Assembly: GCF_006345805.1 (NCBI RefSeq) | Contig: NC_042997.1 | Location: forward strand, 110,794,001 to 110,858,000 | DNA: 64,000 bases | Source of the DNA: Octopus sinensis | Taxonomy: Eukaryota | Direction of reading: 5' to 3' | Notes under the pieces: generated by a model | What the model was told of the DNA's origin: nothing | What the model saw: only the letters and a program-made list of their open reading frames with translations | Database searches by the model: none | Part shown: positions 49,869 to 64,000 of the stretch, piece by piece | How positions within the stretch are numbered: the stretch's first letter is position 1 | Layout of the letters: each line of letters starts with the position of its first letter | Program-made: the position numbers and the translations under genes

Positions 49869-52083
49869 TCCTCTTCTCACACTGCTTGACAACAGGGTAT
49901 TGATGTGTTTACGTCCTCGTAATTTAACAGTTCGGCAATAAGAGACAAATAGATTAAGTACCAGGCTTTTAAACAAAATTAGTACAGGGATCTATTCTCT
50001 AGACTAAGATATTTCAAGGCGGAGCCCTAGCATGGCCGCAATCTAATAACTGAAACAAGTAGAAAAAAAGGATACATGCTCACACACACAACAGATTGGT
50101 GGGGAAAATGCCTTACGATGTGTTGCCCCGGTACTTTACATTCAGAGTTCAAATCTCACCAGTCTAAACTCTGCTGTCATCTCTCTAGAGTTGATCAGTT
50201 AACCTACCTGTCAAGTACTGAATGTGATACAGTTGACGAATTCCTCTTCTCCTCAAAACTATCGGCTGTGTGTCTAAAAAAAGAAAAATAGAGAAGAAAA
50301 AGAAAAGATTATTAGAAAAATGTCAAGACAACCAGCTGGCAGAATCGCTAGCATTCTGGACAAACTGCTTAGTTACATTTCATCCGTGTTTCCGTTCTGA
50401 GATCAAATTCCGCTAAGGTCTACTTTCCTTTCATCCTTTTAAACTCAATAAAATAAGGACCAGTCGAGCTCTAGGGTCGATGTAATCAACATGCCCAGTT
50501 ACCTGAAGTTGGTGATTTTGTGTTAATATTAAAAAAGACTTATGAATGTTATTTCCGTTTTCGTTGTTTTTAATGACCTTAAGAAAATTCCCTTTTTTAA
50601 GCTTACTGTATGTGAGATGCTCCATTTAAATCGTTTATAATTTTAATTAGATACAAGAATATTTTTTCCATTGAAAAACTATTAACCTAAGCATAATATT
50701 TATATTCTATCGAGAGTGTCTTATCTATCAAGTCTCTTCGTGTTGTTCAACTTCATGGCGATAGATTAGCAGAGACCTTAAGATCTTGCAGTATTTCTTC
50801 CGTCTTGTGTTCAAATCCCGCTTGAGTCAGCTTTGATTTTCATCTGTCGATAAAATGAAATACCAGTTGAGTACTGAGATCGACAGTATCAGTATGTTCT
50901 CTGGCATTAAGGCGGCGAGCTGGCATTTCGTCTGCTCTCAGTTCAAATTCGGCTGAGGTCGACTTTGCCTTTCAATCTTTTCAGGATCAGTAAAACAAGT
51001 ACCACCTGAGCACTGGGGTCGATGTAATCAACTTAACTCTTCCCCTAGAACTTATTGGCCTGGTGCCAGAATTTTAAACCAACATATTTATTTCTTTACT
51101 ACCCACAAGGGGCTAAACACAGAGGGCAAACAAACAGATTAAGTCGATTATATCGACACCAGTACGTAACTGGTACTTAATTTATCGATCCCAAAAGGAT
51201 GAAAGGCAAAGTCGACCTCGGCGGAATTTGAACCCAGAACGTAACAGCAGATGAAATACGGCTACGCATTTCGCCCGGCGTGCTAACGTTTCTGCCAGCT
51301 CGCCGCCTTCCAGAATTTTAAACCAATATATTCCCTAGCGTTTGTGCCTAAAACAGAAAACAATGTTATTATATTTCAAACGTTGATGCTTTTGATCTAC
51401 CATATCTACCGAAGCCGCTCTTTCTTGATAAACGTTAAGCAAGTTTCATTGAAGAAACCAACCACGTGACACCAAGGGGTACTGGAGGAGGCCAGGTACT
51501 CGTCGTCCAACTTTTACGTTAGTGATCACGTATATAGATATATATATACATACGCATATGCATACATGTCTATGTAAATATATATCTATATATGTTACTG
51601 CATGGCTTGTTTAATGTTCTACTTCACCTCTTCTGTTTCCCCTCCTCCCAGTAAAATACCAATGTGTATGTCAATAATAGCCATTAGCTTGTTAATTCTG
51701 ATTCAATGTTTCAACCCTCCTCATACACGTAGGTGCTTTTTCGGAAGGAGCACAATTCCTGCTTCCTTTTAAAAGAGAAAAACTGCAACAATCTCTACCT
51801 TCAATTAATTCACAGATTCTTTTTATCTCTATCTTTATTGGTGGGTTTTGTGGTTTTCTTTTTTCACATACGCTTTTTATTTAAATGCAGCTAATTTAAA
51901 CAGTGTTTGCTCATTACAGCCCACTGACAAACTTACACTTTATCCATATATATATATATAAATATATAATGGTGGTGATGATGGTGCTAATAATATATTA
52001 CCGACATTAATCCGGTTGTTTCCTGTTTTCTTGTGTTTTGTTTAAACCAAACAGTAAATTAAATAACTCTTATTTAAAGTAAC

Positions 52084-52198
52084 ATGCCTTCCTTAAATGT
52101 TCCTCTTGAGAGTCAAAGCGAAATGAAAATTGTTAATGATGTTGCTTCCGATAAAGAAATTAAGTCTGTGGATTCTTTAGAAACACCTAAAACAACAG
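52084..52198 (+). CDS. Possible first coding exon of an unidentified plus-strand gene (MPSLNVPLESQSEMKIVNDVASDKEIKSVDSLETPKTT)
   Basis: Non-repetitive, protein-like 38 codons from AACATGC, strong donor CAG|GTGAGA at 52199, pyrimidine tract plus CAG acceptor at 52054. No convincing downstream exon found in the window. Confidence 0.45.
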
Positions 52199-53899
52199 GT
52201 GAGAAGAAATATAACCCTTTTTTTGCCCCTAGTTCTGCATTTTCGTTTTTTATGTTCATATCTGTCCCTTTTTCTTTATATATGTGTGTGTATATATATA
52301 TATATCTATGTGTATATTTGTTTTACGTTCTCTGTAATGTGTCAGTTGCATGTTAGTTATATACATTCACAACTGTGTATATTCTGCAATATTTTATTTA
52401 AGAAAAAAAAAAATACTATATAAATTTCTCAGAAAGTTATACGGGTGCAACGTCGGCGGGACATCAATGTGCAATCATGCCTCTCTCTTTTAAATATGAC
52501 GATATTTTAGTTTAGCTGACCAAAACTTCGAAGTCATTGTCAACAGCATTCCTGTATAAGAATTATATAGTTATTATTATGCCACACCCCTTAATAAACC
52601 TTCAAAATCTCGTCCTCTTCGGGGTCGATTTTACCTTTCATGCTTCCTGGGTCGATAAAATAATACCAATCAATATTGGGCTGGATCGATATAACCACTT
52701 TTCTCTCTTTCTCGAAAATCTGTGGCTTTTATACTTAGGACAATCATTATTAACAACATCTTTTATTATCATCGTCGTTATTTATTATCGACTTAGTATC
52801 GTTTTCTCACTATATGTTGTCTCTTTTTAATCTTACTAGTCTACTATTTATTAGTAGACAGAGCTATATAACTTGATTCCTCCTTCGTCTTTGGTGCTTG
52901 AATAATATTTAAAAAAAATATTTTATTCCTTATCAAATTTCAAAACGAAACCATGTTTCGTTTTGTTCTGAAAGTGAAATTTACTTTTCTTAGAAATGCT
53001 CTTAATAAATAAACATTACTTTTTCTCTGCCCGGAGTAGCTTGAGGTGGTGATCTTTAAGAAATAGTCGTTGTAAACTATCCCAGAAATAATTCTTTATT
53101 TTTCAACACATCCAACAGGAAGAAGCCTCTGAGTAGTCGTTCGACATGCTAGAAATGGCAGCTAAATCGCCATTTCAGTCCCACCTACTATTGTCTTGGG
53201 TTTAAAAAAAATTGGAAACACTGAATGGTATATTCCTAAATCCCTTTACAATGAGAGAATGATCTTGGCTGGATCTTGGGTTTAAGATATTAGATGTGGG
53301 GTGAGATATTTGTAAAACTAACTAATCCATATGAAGTATTGATATCGATTTAACCTCCTGCTTCTGCTGGTATTTCGGTGTCTCTTGATATCAACCACGT
53401 TGACAAGATCAAAAGACACTGGAACCGCAGGTGAGAGGTATCAACAATCAATACACACCCATCTTTTACTTGTTCTTGTTGCACATATACATACATATAC
53501 ACACACATATTAGTGTATCTATGTGAATGTGTGTGTGTGTGTTTAATCAGCAGGTGTTACAAAGTGACTCGGGAGTCAAGGGTTTCGTGCATGGTACTTA
53601 CCAAACTTAAAAATGCACAAAACTCTCGGCCCTTGAATCACTTCGTCACTTCTACCGATTAAAAAAAAATTAAAGCAACTCGTTTGAATTCTATTTTATT
53701 GTCCTCTTTGTGTCTGTTTGACAATGACTTCGAAGTTTCGGCTTGCCTGCCTTCATCACACAGATGAAGGTGAGGTGCAAACCGAAGCCCTCACGTCACT
53801 TTCAACCTTTTCCTTGTAAAAGCTTTGTCCGTATGTTCCCTACCATAACCATTCAGTAATTACTCAGTTTCATGTTAAATTGTTTCTATATAACTTGAC

Positions 53900-54068
53900 A
53901 AAAACGTGTGTGTATATGCTGTGTTTACTGATGTAATTATATACACCATATACGTGTAATAACGTGTGTGTATATGTATAATAGTATTGACACTTTAATG
54001 GTGCATATGTGTACATCATGTATGTTTCAGTGATATATATGTATATACAAAATTTACGTTTGCTGGTG

Positions 54069-54102
<34 letters not shown>

Positions 54103-54160
54103 ACACACACACACCATGTATGTTTAGTGATGTGTATATATGCACCACGTACTTTCACTG

Positions 54161-54191
<31 letters not shown>

Positions 54192-55024
54192 CACACACAT
54201 ACACACACCACTGTTAAATGGTGTATGTGTGAAGGTAGACCATGCATAATGGTGTATATGTAGGTAGACGTTGTATAATGGTGTATATACACTTTGATTC
54301 TTGTGCATGTGTGTAGACAGACCATGTTTAATGGTGTATATGTATACACCTTACATGTAAAAGATAAAAGATAGACCTTATATGCTTAATGGAGTGCTTA
54401 TCCATTTTGTGACGTGTGTATAATATACACCATGCATTTCTAGTGCTATATATATATATAGTGTTGTATCTCTATATATTACTATGTATATTTAATGCCA
54501 TGTGTATATATGCACCATATATATATATTTGATGCTGTATATATGTACAATGTATAATTTGCGGTGCATTTCTGTGTACAACACATTTATTTAGTGCTTA
54601 TATAGACACGCTATATATATTTGGTTATGTGTGTATATACTTCACCTTGTGTATTACATACATAATGTGTATTTAGTAGAGTATTCGCATATACATCATG
54701 TAAATTGAGCAGTGTACATGGTAGGTAGACAATGTTTGTTCAGTGATGCATGCGTGTATATAAACAGGTTTAGTTCTGTGTGTATTTATATATAGACTAT
54801 GCATATTAGCGGTGTATAGGTATATGCGTCATAGAAATTTGGTGGTGTATGTACATATATACACCATATTTTGTGGGGTATGTGTGTAAGTAATCTATAT
54901 ATATATATGTGTAGTGATACCTGTATGTAAATAAACCATGTATGTTAACGGTGTATATATATGTATATAAAACGTGCGTATGTAGTTTATAGACCATTTA
55001 TGCTTATATATTTATATATATATA

Positions 55025-55063
<39 letters not shown>

Positions 55064-55240
55064 TCATGTTTAGTGATCTATATAGAGCATGAACATTTAG
55101 TGATATACGTGTATATATACACACCATATCTGTTTGGTGGTGAGTCTACGTATATACATTATCTATATATAGTGGTGTGTGTTTAGTAATGCCTGCAAGT
55201 ATATATATCCTGTATGTTAACTGTGTGTATATATATATAA
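53900..55240. repeat. Degenerate TA-rich tandem repeat (TATACACCATGTATGTTTAGTGGTGTG-like)
   Basis: Recurring ACACCAT...(A/G)TGGTGT motifs every 30-40 bp among (TA)n/(TG)n runs. Confidence 0.6.
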
Positions 55241-58200
55241 AAAGATACTATTGTATTTGTGAATATTGCCGAGTGAAGGACATAAAAAGCTGATGGATGT
55301 CGTCAACTTGAACATTTACCATCATCCCTTCATACAAAGTTAACTTTAAATTAAATCACTCCTGTTGTATTTCTAATTTTAAATTTGGTTACTGACAGCT
55401 AAATATCAATTTTTATCACATTTTATTGTCGGAACAAAAATAAATTGCAGAATAACATTTAAATTTCGTTAATACACGATGTCTTGTATCCTGTTGGGGG
55501 GGTCTTACATTGTACTTGATATTTATTTTTAATTTTACTCAGATATATAGTCTAAACATATTTAATAGACCAAGCCGGGAGTCTGCTATCAGAAATTGTA
55601 TAGTTATGACTATACAAGTTAAGGTCTCCCCTATTTTTTAAAGACAATATACATGGTTAAAAGATTTAGCTACTATTTCTAGCATGTTGAATGACCACAT
55701 ACAGGCTTTCTTGTATATTAAACTGTATTTCAGTTTATTGCGATTGTAATTATTCACTAGGAATTCGCTAGTTTTACCCCCACACCCGGTAAAAATATAA
55801 AAATTTCAATTAAAGTAAGTAAATTAATTAACAAAGCTGGGTGCAGAGATTTGTGACTCTACAGTATATTTTAGACTCCACTTCGAGACACAATATTATT
55901 TAAATGTCCCCTTTTATCAGTGTGATTAATCAATGGTATTGTTTAAATACCATCGTAGTAACGTAGCAACATTTTGACAAAACATGCCAACAACAGCAAA
56001 TATGATGATAAATGTAACGTGGACACGGCATTGATAACGTTTCACCAACACATAACTATGGTGTCGCGATCGTGATATAAATATCTTTATCAATTAAAGT
56101 TACAGCTTTTAAAAGTGGTGCTTTTTGAATCACTTTGGCTGTGGTTTGGTTTGTTTGATAGTAATTTTGGCAGATTCGAAGTTTTTCCGATCGAATAATC
56201 TCATTAGTTTCACCTTCGTCGTCGTATTAACGTGCGCTTTTCCATGCTTGCATGGGTCACACGGAATTCATTGAGGTAGATTTTATACGGTTGGATACCC
56301 TTCCTGCCGCCAACCTTCAACTGTTTCCAAGCAGTGTGATATTTCCCCTTAGGCAGACATATATTTTCACAGAAGTCTCGAAACGAACGACACCGTTTAT
56401 ATGACGGTAACACTTGCTTACATCCATCATACGTGCTCAGCTCAAGGAGACACACACACACACATACATGGCAGACTGCTTTCAGTTTCCGTCACTCGAA
56501 TCCACTTACAAGGCCCATGGTACCATGCAGTGGGCCTGAACTAAAACCAAGTGGTTGGGAAGCAAACATCAGTCTCCAAAATTTCTCCTCTAGAATTCAT
56601 TTCACCTGATTTGTTTCCTGGGGTGATGAAACGGAACTTCTAGTACGAAACAAGTGACATCTCCATGTTTTACTTATGAAATGATGCAATAAGAAAACCC
56701 ATCGGAAATAGTAGCCTATTTCCCTCAAATGATTCCTTCCCTGCTATTGAAGTACTTGTAAAAAGATAGGATGGTCAAATTTGTGTCAGATTTCGTTCTC
56801 AAGTTTCTAAAAACCACAGAAGCCTTACTCCTATATTTAACAGACACCCCCACCCCACCCCCAACTCTAATTTTGATAAAACATTAAATGAAACAAAAAT
56901 TGTTTTAGGGAGAGAGATGTTATATTTAAAAGCAAGAACCAAACAAAAATTTATTATTAAAAGACTATGCTGTGATTGAGAAGACCCGGCAAGGAAAGTA
57001 AGATCAGTCATAGCTTGCACCAGTGTCACATAACCAGTCCATTTAAAAAGCACCTTTGAATTGTTGGGTGACATTCTGTGCTTATGGAGACCTATTGAGT
57101 TAAGTAAACCAAAATCAAATCAAATCACAATCAAATGGAAATTGTAGTTGTGGACGATACCAGTGCTGGTAGCACACGATAAGCACCATTCATTCATGTG
57201 TGAGTACTGCAGGAAGGAATTGTGTCGTTTTGAAATGTATACACATTTAAACTGGTCATTGAAAATAACCCCTAGAATGATGGTACATTTTCAACTTTTT
57301 CCTTATCTTTTACTTGTTTCAATCATTAGACTGTGGCCATGCTGGTGCACCACCCTGAAGAATTTTTAGTTGAATAAATTTACCCCAGTACTTTATTTTT
57401 AAAGCCTCGTAGTTCCTTTATTGGTCTCTTTTGTCATACCACTAAGTTACAGGAACATAAACATACCAATGCCAGTTGTCGAGTGAGGGGAATGCACACA
57501 CACATGCACAATGTCCATCTCCAAATCTCCTCACAAGGCTTTGGTTGGCCTAGGGCTATAGAAGACACTTGCCCAGGGTGCCATACAGTGGGAATGAACC
57601 TGGAACCATGTGATTGGGAAGTAGACTTCTTACCTCATAGCCATGCCTCAGCATATTTTTGGTAAAACACAATGTCTTTGTTTCAATTATTTTTAAAAAC
57701 AATAATAATAATAATCATCATCATCATCATTTAGCATCTGTTGTCTATGCTGGCATAGGTTGGACGGTTTGACCAGGGTTAACAAGCTAGAAGACTGCAC
57801 CAGACTCCAGTCTGGTTTGGCATGATTTCTATGGCTGTATGCCCTTCCTAATACCAACCACTCTGAGAATGTAATGGGTGCTTTTATGTGCCACTGGCAC
57901 GGGTGCCATTTGCGTGACACCAGTATCTGCCATGACTGCGATTTTACCTGGCTTGATGGGTCTTCTTCTCAAGCACAACATAATGCCAAAGATCTTGATC
58001 ATTGCTTCTGTGAGGCCCAACACTCAAAAGGAGCTCAGCCACTTTACCTCCATAAGGCCCAATGTTTGAAAGGAGCTTTTCACGTGCCACTTTGCCTCCA
58101 TGAGGCCCAACTCTCAAAAGGTGCTTTTTACATGCCACCGGCACAGGTGCCAGTTATGTGACACCAGCATCAGCCATGACTATGATTTCACTTGTCTTCA

Positions 58201-59753
58201 TGGTTCTTCTCAAGCACAGCATTTTACCAACGGTCTCAGTCACTAGTCATTGCCTCTGTGAGGCCCAAAGTTCAAAGATCATGCTTCATAATAAAATAAC
58301 TTTATTAAGCTGGAAATTTTGATGGAATGTTTTAGTTTAGATCTTTTCAAAACAGGGTCAACTTTTAATCTTAGGAGACTGATCATTTTCCCCGTGTTGG
58401 ATTTTTGTATTTGCTTTTAATGTGTTTAAAACCTAAACCCAAAGTTAACTCATATAGTTTTTTCTTAAATCTGTGAAAATGTGTTCTTGATGTTCTCTGC
58501 TTGATTTTGCTGGGTTTTATTTTTTCTCTCTCTCTCCTCTTTCCTGCCTGCTGGTGTTTTCTCACCTGTAGCCTAATACCTGTGAGAACAAACCTGCAGG
58601 CAGCAACGTAGTATGTATGAATATATATATATATATATACACAACTAGGTTAGGGAAAGGCAGCTCCCATGATCTCTAAGTGGTCTCTGAGAGTAGTGGG
58701 TGAGTGAGAAGGGTGCGGGGAGTTACTCTCTGTCGAAAGGTCAGACTAAAATCCTTATGACAGTATGGACTCCACATCAAGGAGCAGATGCTGATGTTGA
58801 ATGATGCCAGGGATTAAGTTTACCATCTCAATGTAAATCTGAGGCTATAAAAACAGCAAAAAGTCTTTTCAAATGACTTTAAAAGACTCAATAAGGGATT
58901 AACGACCTTATTGTTTGTGTGGTTGATTGTAAATGTTTCTTTTAGTTATTACTGTAAGATTCTGTTTTTTAATAAAGGTATTATGTACGAAGTAGTCATG
59001 CAGGTGTTGATGTGGACGACAGACAGATTTGGCTTATAATGCATGTTTGTGGCCACATAAAGTCAACAAAGAAGGATATTTTTCAAAGGGATGGTGGGGG
59101 AGGGCAGGATAGTTTAAAACCTGCAGGGAAGTTGTCATTTGTTGGAAGTGTAGTGTGGTGAGAAGCTTGCTTCCCAACCTCATGGTTCTGGGTTCAGTCC
59201 CACCGAACTGTGTGACACTTTGGACAAGTGTCTTCTGCTATAGCCTTGGGCCAACCAAAGCCTTGTGAGTGGATACAGTAGATGGAAATTGAAAGAAGCC
59301 TGTTGTGTGTGTGTGTGTGTGTATGCTCACACACGTGTACATGTGCCCCCCACCCCGCTTGACAACTGGTGATGGTGTGTTTATGTCCTCATAACTTAGT
59401 GATATGTCAAAAGTAACCAGTAGAAAAAGTACCAGGCTTTAAAAGAAAAAAGAGGAATACTGGGGTCAGTTCGGTCAATTAAAAATTCTTCAAGAAAACA
59501 AGTTTGTCTTCTCCTCCACCTCCTCTTCCTCCTCCTCCTCCTCATCATCATCATTTCACATCCATATTCCAAACTGGCAGGGGTTGAACAATCTGGCAGA
59601 ATCCAATGGATCCCCAAGGACTGCATTATATTCCATTGTCTGCAATGGCATGGTTCCCATGGCTGGATGTCCATTCGACTCAGTGGACAGGAATGTGCTT
59701 TGGAGGATTCTGGAGCTGTAAGGTGTACCTTTTCAATTGATTGGCCATATATT

Positions 59754-60155
59754 GGCAGCGAGCTGGCAGAAACATTAGCACACCGGGCAAAATGTTTAGC
59801 AGTATTTCATCTGCCATTACGTTCTGAGTTCAAATTTCGCCGAGGTTGACTTTTCCTTTCATCCTTTCGGGGTCGATAAATTAAGTACCAGTTACACACT
59901 GGGGTCGATATAATCGACGTAATCCGTTTGTCTGTCCTTGTTTGCCCTCTCTGTGTTTAGCCCCTTGTGGGTAGTAAAGAAATAGGTATTTCATCTGCCA
60001 TTATGTTCTGAGTTTAAATTCCACTGAGGTTGACTTTTCCTTTCATCCTTTCGGGATCGATTAAATAAGTACCAGTTATCCACTGGGGTTGATGTAATCG
60101 ACTTAATCCCTTTGTCTGTCCTTGTTTGTTCCTTCTATGTTCAGCCCCCTGTGGG
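59754..60155 (+). mobile_element. tRNA-derived SINE, family B (Nin/Deu-like core GCCTTTCATCCTTTCGGGGTCGATAAA), partial dimer
   Basis: Head GGCAGCGAGCTGGCAGAAA...GAGTTCAAATT. Other copies at about 6130-6460-, 16385-16600+, 36470-36680+, 39060-39500+, 42075-42280+, 46760-46955+, 50330-51080+, 51085-51310-. Confidence 0.8.
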
Positions 60156-62179
60156 CATCGTCAACATCATCGTTTAACGTCTGCTTTCCATGCTAGCAAA
60201 GAAATATATATATATATATATATAGTCAGCCAGATAGCACTAGGGCGAGGGCATTAATGAAACCCTGTCCCATCAGAAACCTAAACTACATCTCATCTCA
60301 GCTAATTTCCTTCCTGATTAATTGTGCTGTAACTCTTTCTGTCACTTGCCTAACTATGGTCTATTTGGTTGGTGTCTCAATAGTTGCTTGTCTCCAGAGT
60401 GTTTCCTTCATCTTTGAAGCAGTTGATGTGATGACAATCATTGACTAGTCACGTGACAATATGTCTGGCCTACTTCTTCAGATATTTTCACTAACTCAAC
60501 TACTGTCTCATGGATTCTTTGCTAATGGTTTGTTTAGCTGTTGCTGTTCATATCCTTAACTGTGTCTATCTTTACCCACTACTTGGGCCCCTAAGCAAAA
60601 AAATAAATAGTTGTATGTACATCTCAAGAGTAACAATTGCAGGCAAACTAATGGACAAAATCACAAAAAATTCAGAACATCAATAATAGGCCTGTCTCTC
60701 TTAATGACTATTTGTTCGACTGAATTGATACATTCCTCATCACTTCCACCAGTTTGATTGTCTGAATCACTGTTGTTGTCTGTGCAAGGATAAACTTTTT
60801 TTCTCTCAACAATAAATATAAAACATTGTAACAATTTTATTTTTTTTGTCTTCTGGTCAGTAAGTGTTATTCCTTATTTGCTTCTATCTAGAATTCAAAA
60901 GAAATGATCACTGTTCCCTTCAGACATTGCTTTTGTCACCTGGATAATCAATGTTTTGAAACTGACCTATTTTCCATTACGTTTCAGACAAATTCAGTAC
61001 TGAGTTGCTGAAGCAGAAATATCGTTATAGCAAACATTCTGCTCAACACCACAGATCTACTTGTCAGTTGTTTGACCTTAACCGCTTGAACCTGTCCCTT
61101 AGTGGCTGACAATATGTGCATCTCTGATCACAAGCAGGAGTAGTGGGGGAGCATCATAGCCATGTGTTGAGAGAGATTCTTTGGGGTTTGAATAAATGTA
61201 AGAAAAGCAAAGCTTGATGGAAATATTAGCCGTTTTCAAAACATTGCTTATTTTTTACTCAAGCTGATAACAGTTGCGACCCAAAGACTAAAATTGTGTT
61301 ACACAGTGTAATCAATAATTTCCGGAACTGCAAAGAGTCTACGCCTTGCTCGTTTACCTGGCGAAGTACTGGATGCTGGATTCATCATATACTCATTTCA
61401 TCATAAAAGTCCTTTTTTTTTTTTTTTTCAATTAGAAACTAAAGTAAACAACAGCTTTGATGGGGGGACATCATCATTAACAATGAATCATAAACACACA
61501 TCGGCTACAAAGCTCCAGCATGGTCGGTTGTCTATTTTTCTCATTTGCTTATCTTCTTTTTCTACATATGTTGTTTGTTACTGCGTTTATGGGAATCTGG
61601 TAGGGCCTGTGTTTATGCTATTCCCACGACAGCGGGAACACGGTGTGATAGGGTTGATGACCATGTAATTGTCAATCTGTTGAGTTTTGTTGGTGTGGTC
61701 CCTCTTTCTTACACTCATTCTCCACATCTTCATCATCATTTAACGTCTGCTTTCCTTGCTGGCATGGTTTGGACAGTTTGACTGAAAACTTGTAAGCGGT
61801 GGCGTGGGATGCACCAGCCTGCAATCTCATCTGGCAATGTTTCTACAGCTGGATGCCCTTCCTAGCACCAACCATTCCGAGAGTGTAGTGGGTGTCTTTT
61901 TATGTGCCACCGGCACGGGTGCCATTGACCCGACACCAGCTTCGGCCCTAACTACAATCTCACTTGGCATGACAGGTCAACACAAGTACCGTATATCACC
62001 AAGGGTCTTGGTCACCTGTCACTGCCTCCATGAGGCCCAATGCTCAAACGGTACCTTTTACGTGCCACTGGCATTGTTGCCACAACTACCATTTCACTCA
62101 GTTCCAAAAGTCTTCACAAGCAACAGGTCTCCTACAATCTCATATAATAACATTTCTATGTGTTTTTCTATCAGTAACA

Positions 62180-62440
62180 GTTAAAGCAAGAACACCATTA
62201 ACATTCAGTGCTTCGGCCTCACTAACAATGTCCTTGTTCAGACATGCAGCTTTGCAATCCATATCACGCCACACCTCCAAGTTTCTCATCAAAGAACATG
62301 GGTGACCTCTTACTTTCTGCATCTCTCTTTGCTAAATATATTTCTTGCCCAGCCTTTCTTCTAGTTACAGTCATTGTTTCTTGTTCCCTTCCAGGCCTGT
62401 CTCTTAGCTTTTATGGTTGTCGTCTGTACCATTCCACCAC
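62180..62440 (-). mobile_element. RTE LINE internal fragment (more decayed)
   Basis: WWN...KAKRQAWK motif and similarity to the 24218-24416 fragment. Confidence 0.45.
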
Positions 62441-64000
62441 CGTATTACATGGATGACTGGAACCTTGTTCCATCCACCGATATTTAATATCAGGGATGAC
62501 TGTGTGGTAAGAAGTTTGCTTCCCAACCACATGGTTCTGGGTTCAGTCCCACTATGTTACACTTTGGGCAAGTGTCTTCTACTACAGCCGCAGGCTGACC
62601 AGTCTTATGAGTGGATTTGGAAGACAAAAGCTGAAAGAAGCCCGTTGTATATGCATGTGTGTGTGTATTTGTGTCTGTTTGTCCCCCTCTAACCGGTGTT
62701 GGTGTATTTACATCCTCGTAACTTGGCAGTTCTGCAAAAGAAACCAACAGAATAAGTACCAGGTTAAAAAAAAGAAAAGAAAAGAAAAGAAGTCCTGGAG
62801 TTCATTCATTCAACTAAACTTCTTCAAGACCCCAGCATGGCCACAGGCTAATGACTGAAACAAGTAAAAGATCCATGGGTTATACAGTTCTACATTTAAG
62901 AGATGAGGAATAATGTACATTATTTACATTCCCAGCACTTTATGAGTTAAACGTATGTCTAACCATTACATCTTCCAGCTTCCAAACCATTCCTCTCCAG
63001 ATTATCCTGTTTCACTGTGAGTGCATTTAGTTCTTGTCATTAGTCAGTATTAAGGGGTTCACTCTTCCCAACAAATCATTTAATATTCACGACCATCTGC
63101 TCATCCTATTTCCTGGTTTTGCATGTTTACCTGGCTGGTGGGTAACTTGGTCAATTGACCAGTTTCCTAGACTTAGTGGTTGCAAATTGCTACATCGTTT
63201 ACACAGACACCAACAGCCTTCAACTCTCTTTATTCCGTGCACGCCAGCCATAGTCTCTTTTCTCATCAGAACAACTATCGTATTAGCCACATATTTATTT
63301 TAAGTCGGTTGTTGTGATAACAAGGTCACTGTCGTTTTATTATCAAGACAACCTGATTAAAACAAGTTTTTTTACTCACCTGTCAATCATTTAAATTCTT
63401 TTGTTACTCTATTCCTATTGAAATACTTAGTTTTTGTATGAATTAATTTTGAAAACAATTTGTAATTTATTAAAATGCCTTTGTTGTTATTATTAAGTTG
63501 GTATCTAGAACAAATTAGCATGAAATCTTGATAGAATTAAATTAAGATGGAGTTTCTATATAGAATCAAGGGCAGTTTCAGGCAGGTTGGTATCAAAAGG
63601 GTTAATGTGGTGCTTATACAGAGATCACTATTGTTGCCATGTTGTCTGTAAGCGTTGAATTATTTTGTCGTCGCCTTTGACTACAATTGCTTCAGCCATT
63701 TCTCTGCAAAAATATGCCTACTCCTGCACTGTTACCTACCTAGAGTCTGTTCTTTGAAGAATCTGACTGGGGCTTCCCACCATCTTATTTCATGTATGCA
63801 GTACACATCTACCCACCTTCATTTCATCATCATCATTTAATATCCATCGCCCATGCTGGCATGGGTTGAACAGCATGACCAGAGCTTGCGCGCTGGGGAG
63901 CTGCACCAGACTCCAGTCTGATTTGGCATAGTTTTTACAGCTGGATGCCCTTTCTAACGCCAACCACTTTACAGTGTGCTGGGTGCTTTTACGTGGCACC

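Noticed and set aside
53718-53800. Hammerhead-like TGATGA-AGGC...GCC-GAAA-CTTCGAAG-TC on the minus strand as a functional ribozyme
   Set aside because: C3 is replaced by G, stem I does not pair, and the segment is one arm of a local inverted repeat; kept only as a possible relic.
60230-60800. Possible second piggyBac-like relic (acidic DNNSDSDNQTGGSDEE on the minus strand)
   Set aside because: Too decayed and no clear termini; not supportable without a database search.
63087-63385. Minus-strand exon-like segment with donor and acceptor signals
   Set aside because: All three frames after the acceptor contain stops; no recognisable protein.

Overview
Eukaryotic, AT-rich, repeat-dense genomic DNA. 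The SINE families and the ATC/AAT/TG microsatellite load point to a coleoid cephalopod, most likely Octopus (inference). One protein-coding gene is fully reconstructed by hand: a 4-coding-exon, minus-strand secretory-pathway cyclophilin (PPIB/cyclophilin B-like, 202 aa, 21511->2500) with GT-AG introns and consistent phases. A possible first coding exon of an unidentified plus-strand gene lies at 52084-52198. Almost all other ORFs in the track are artefacts of microsatellites, SINEs or decayed transposons. The rest is a mosaic of tRNA-derived SINEs, Tc1/mariner, hAT, piggyBac, Helitron/Helentron, R4/Dong, RTE and CR1 relics, a possible solo LTR and several minisatellites. The most interesting non-coding signal is a set of type I hammerhead ribozymes with palindromic helix III. 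It includes a 347-bp tandem dimer with one hammerhead per unit (26931-27600, retrozyme or Penelope pseudo-LTR-like, predicted to release a 347-nt monomer or circRNA), two long-stem-II hammerheads (971-1079 and 11992-12080) and several decayed copies. Repeat boundaries were read by eye and are approximate; no database search was run.
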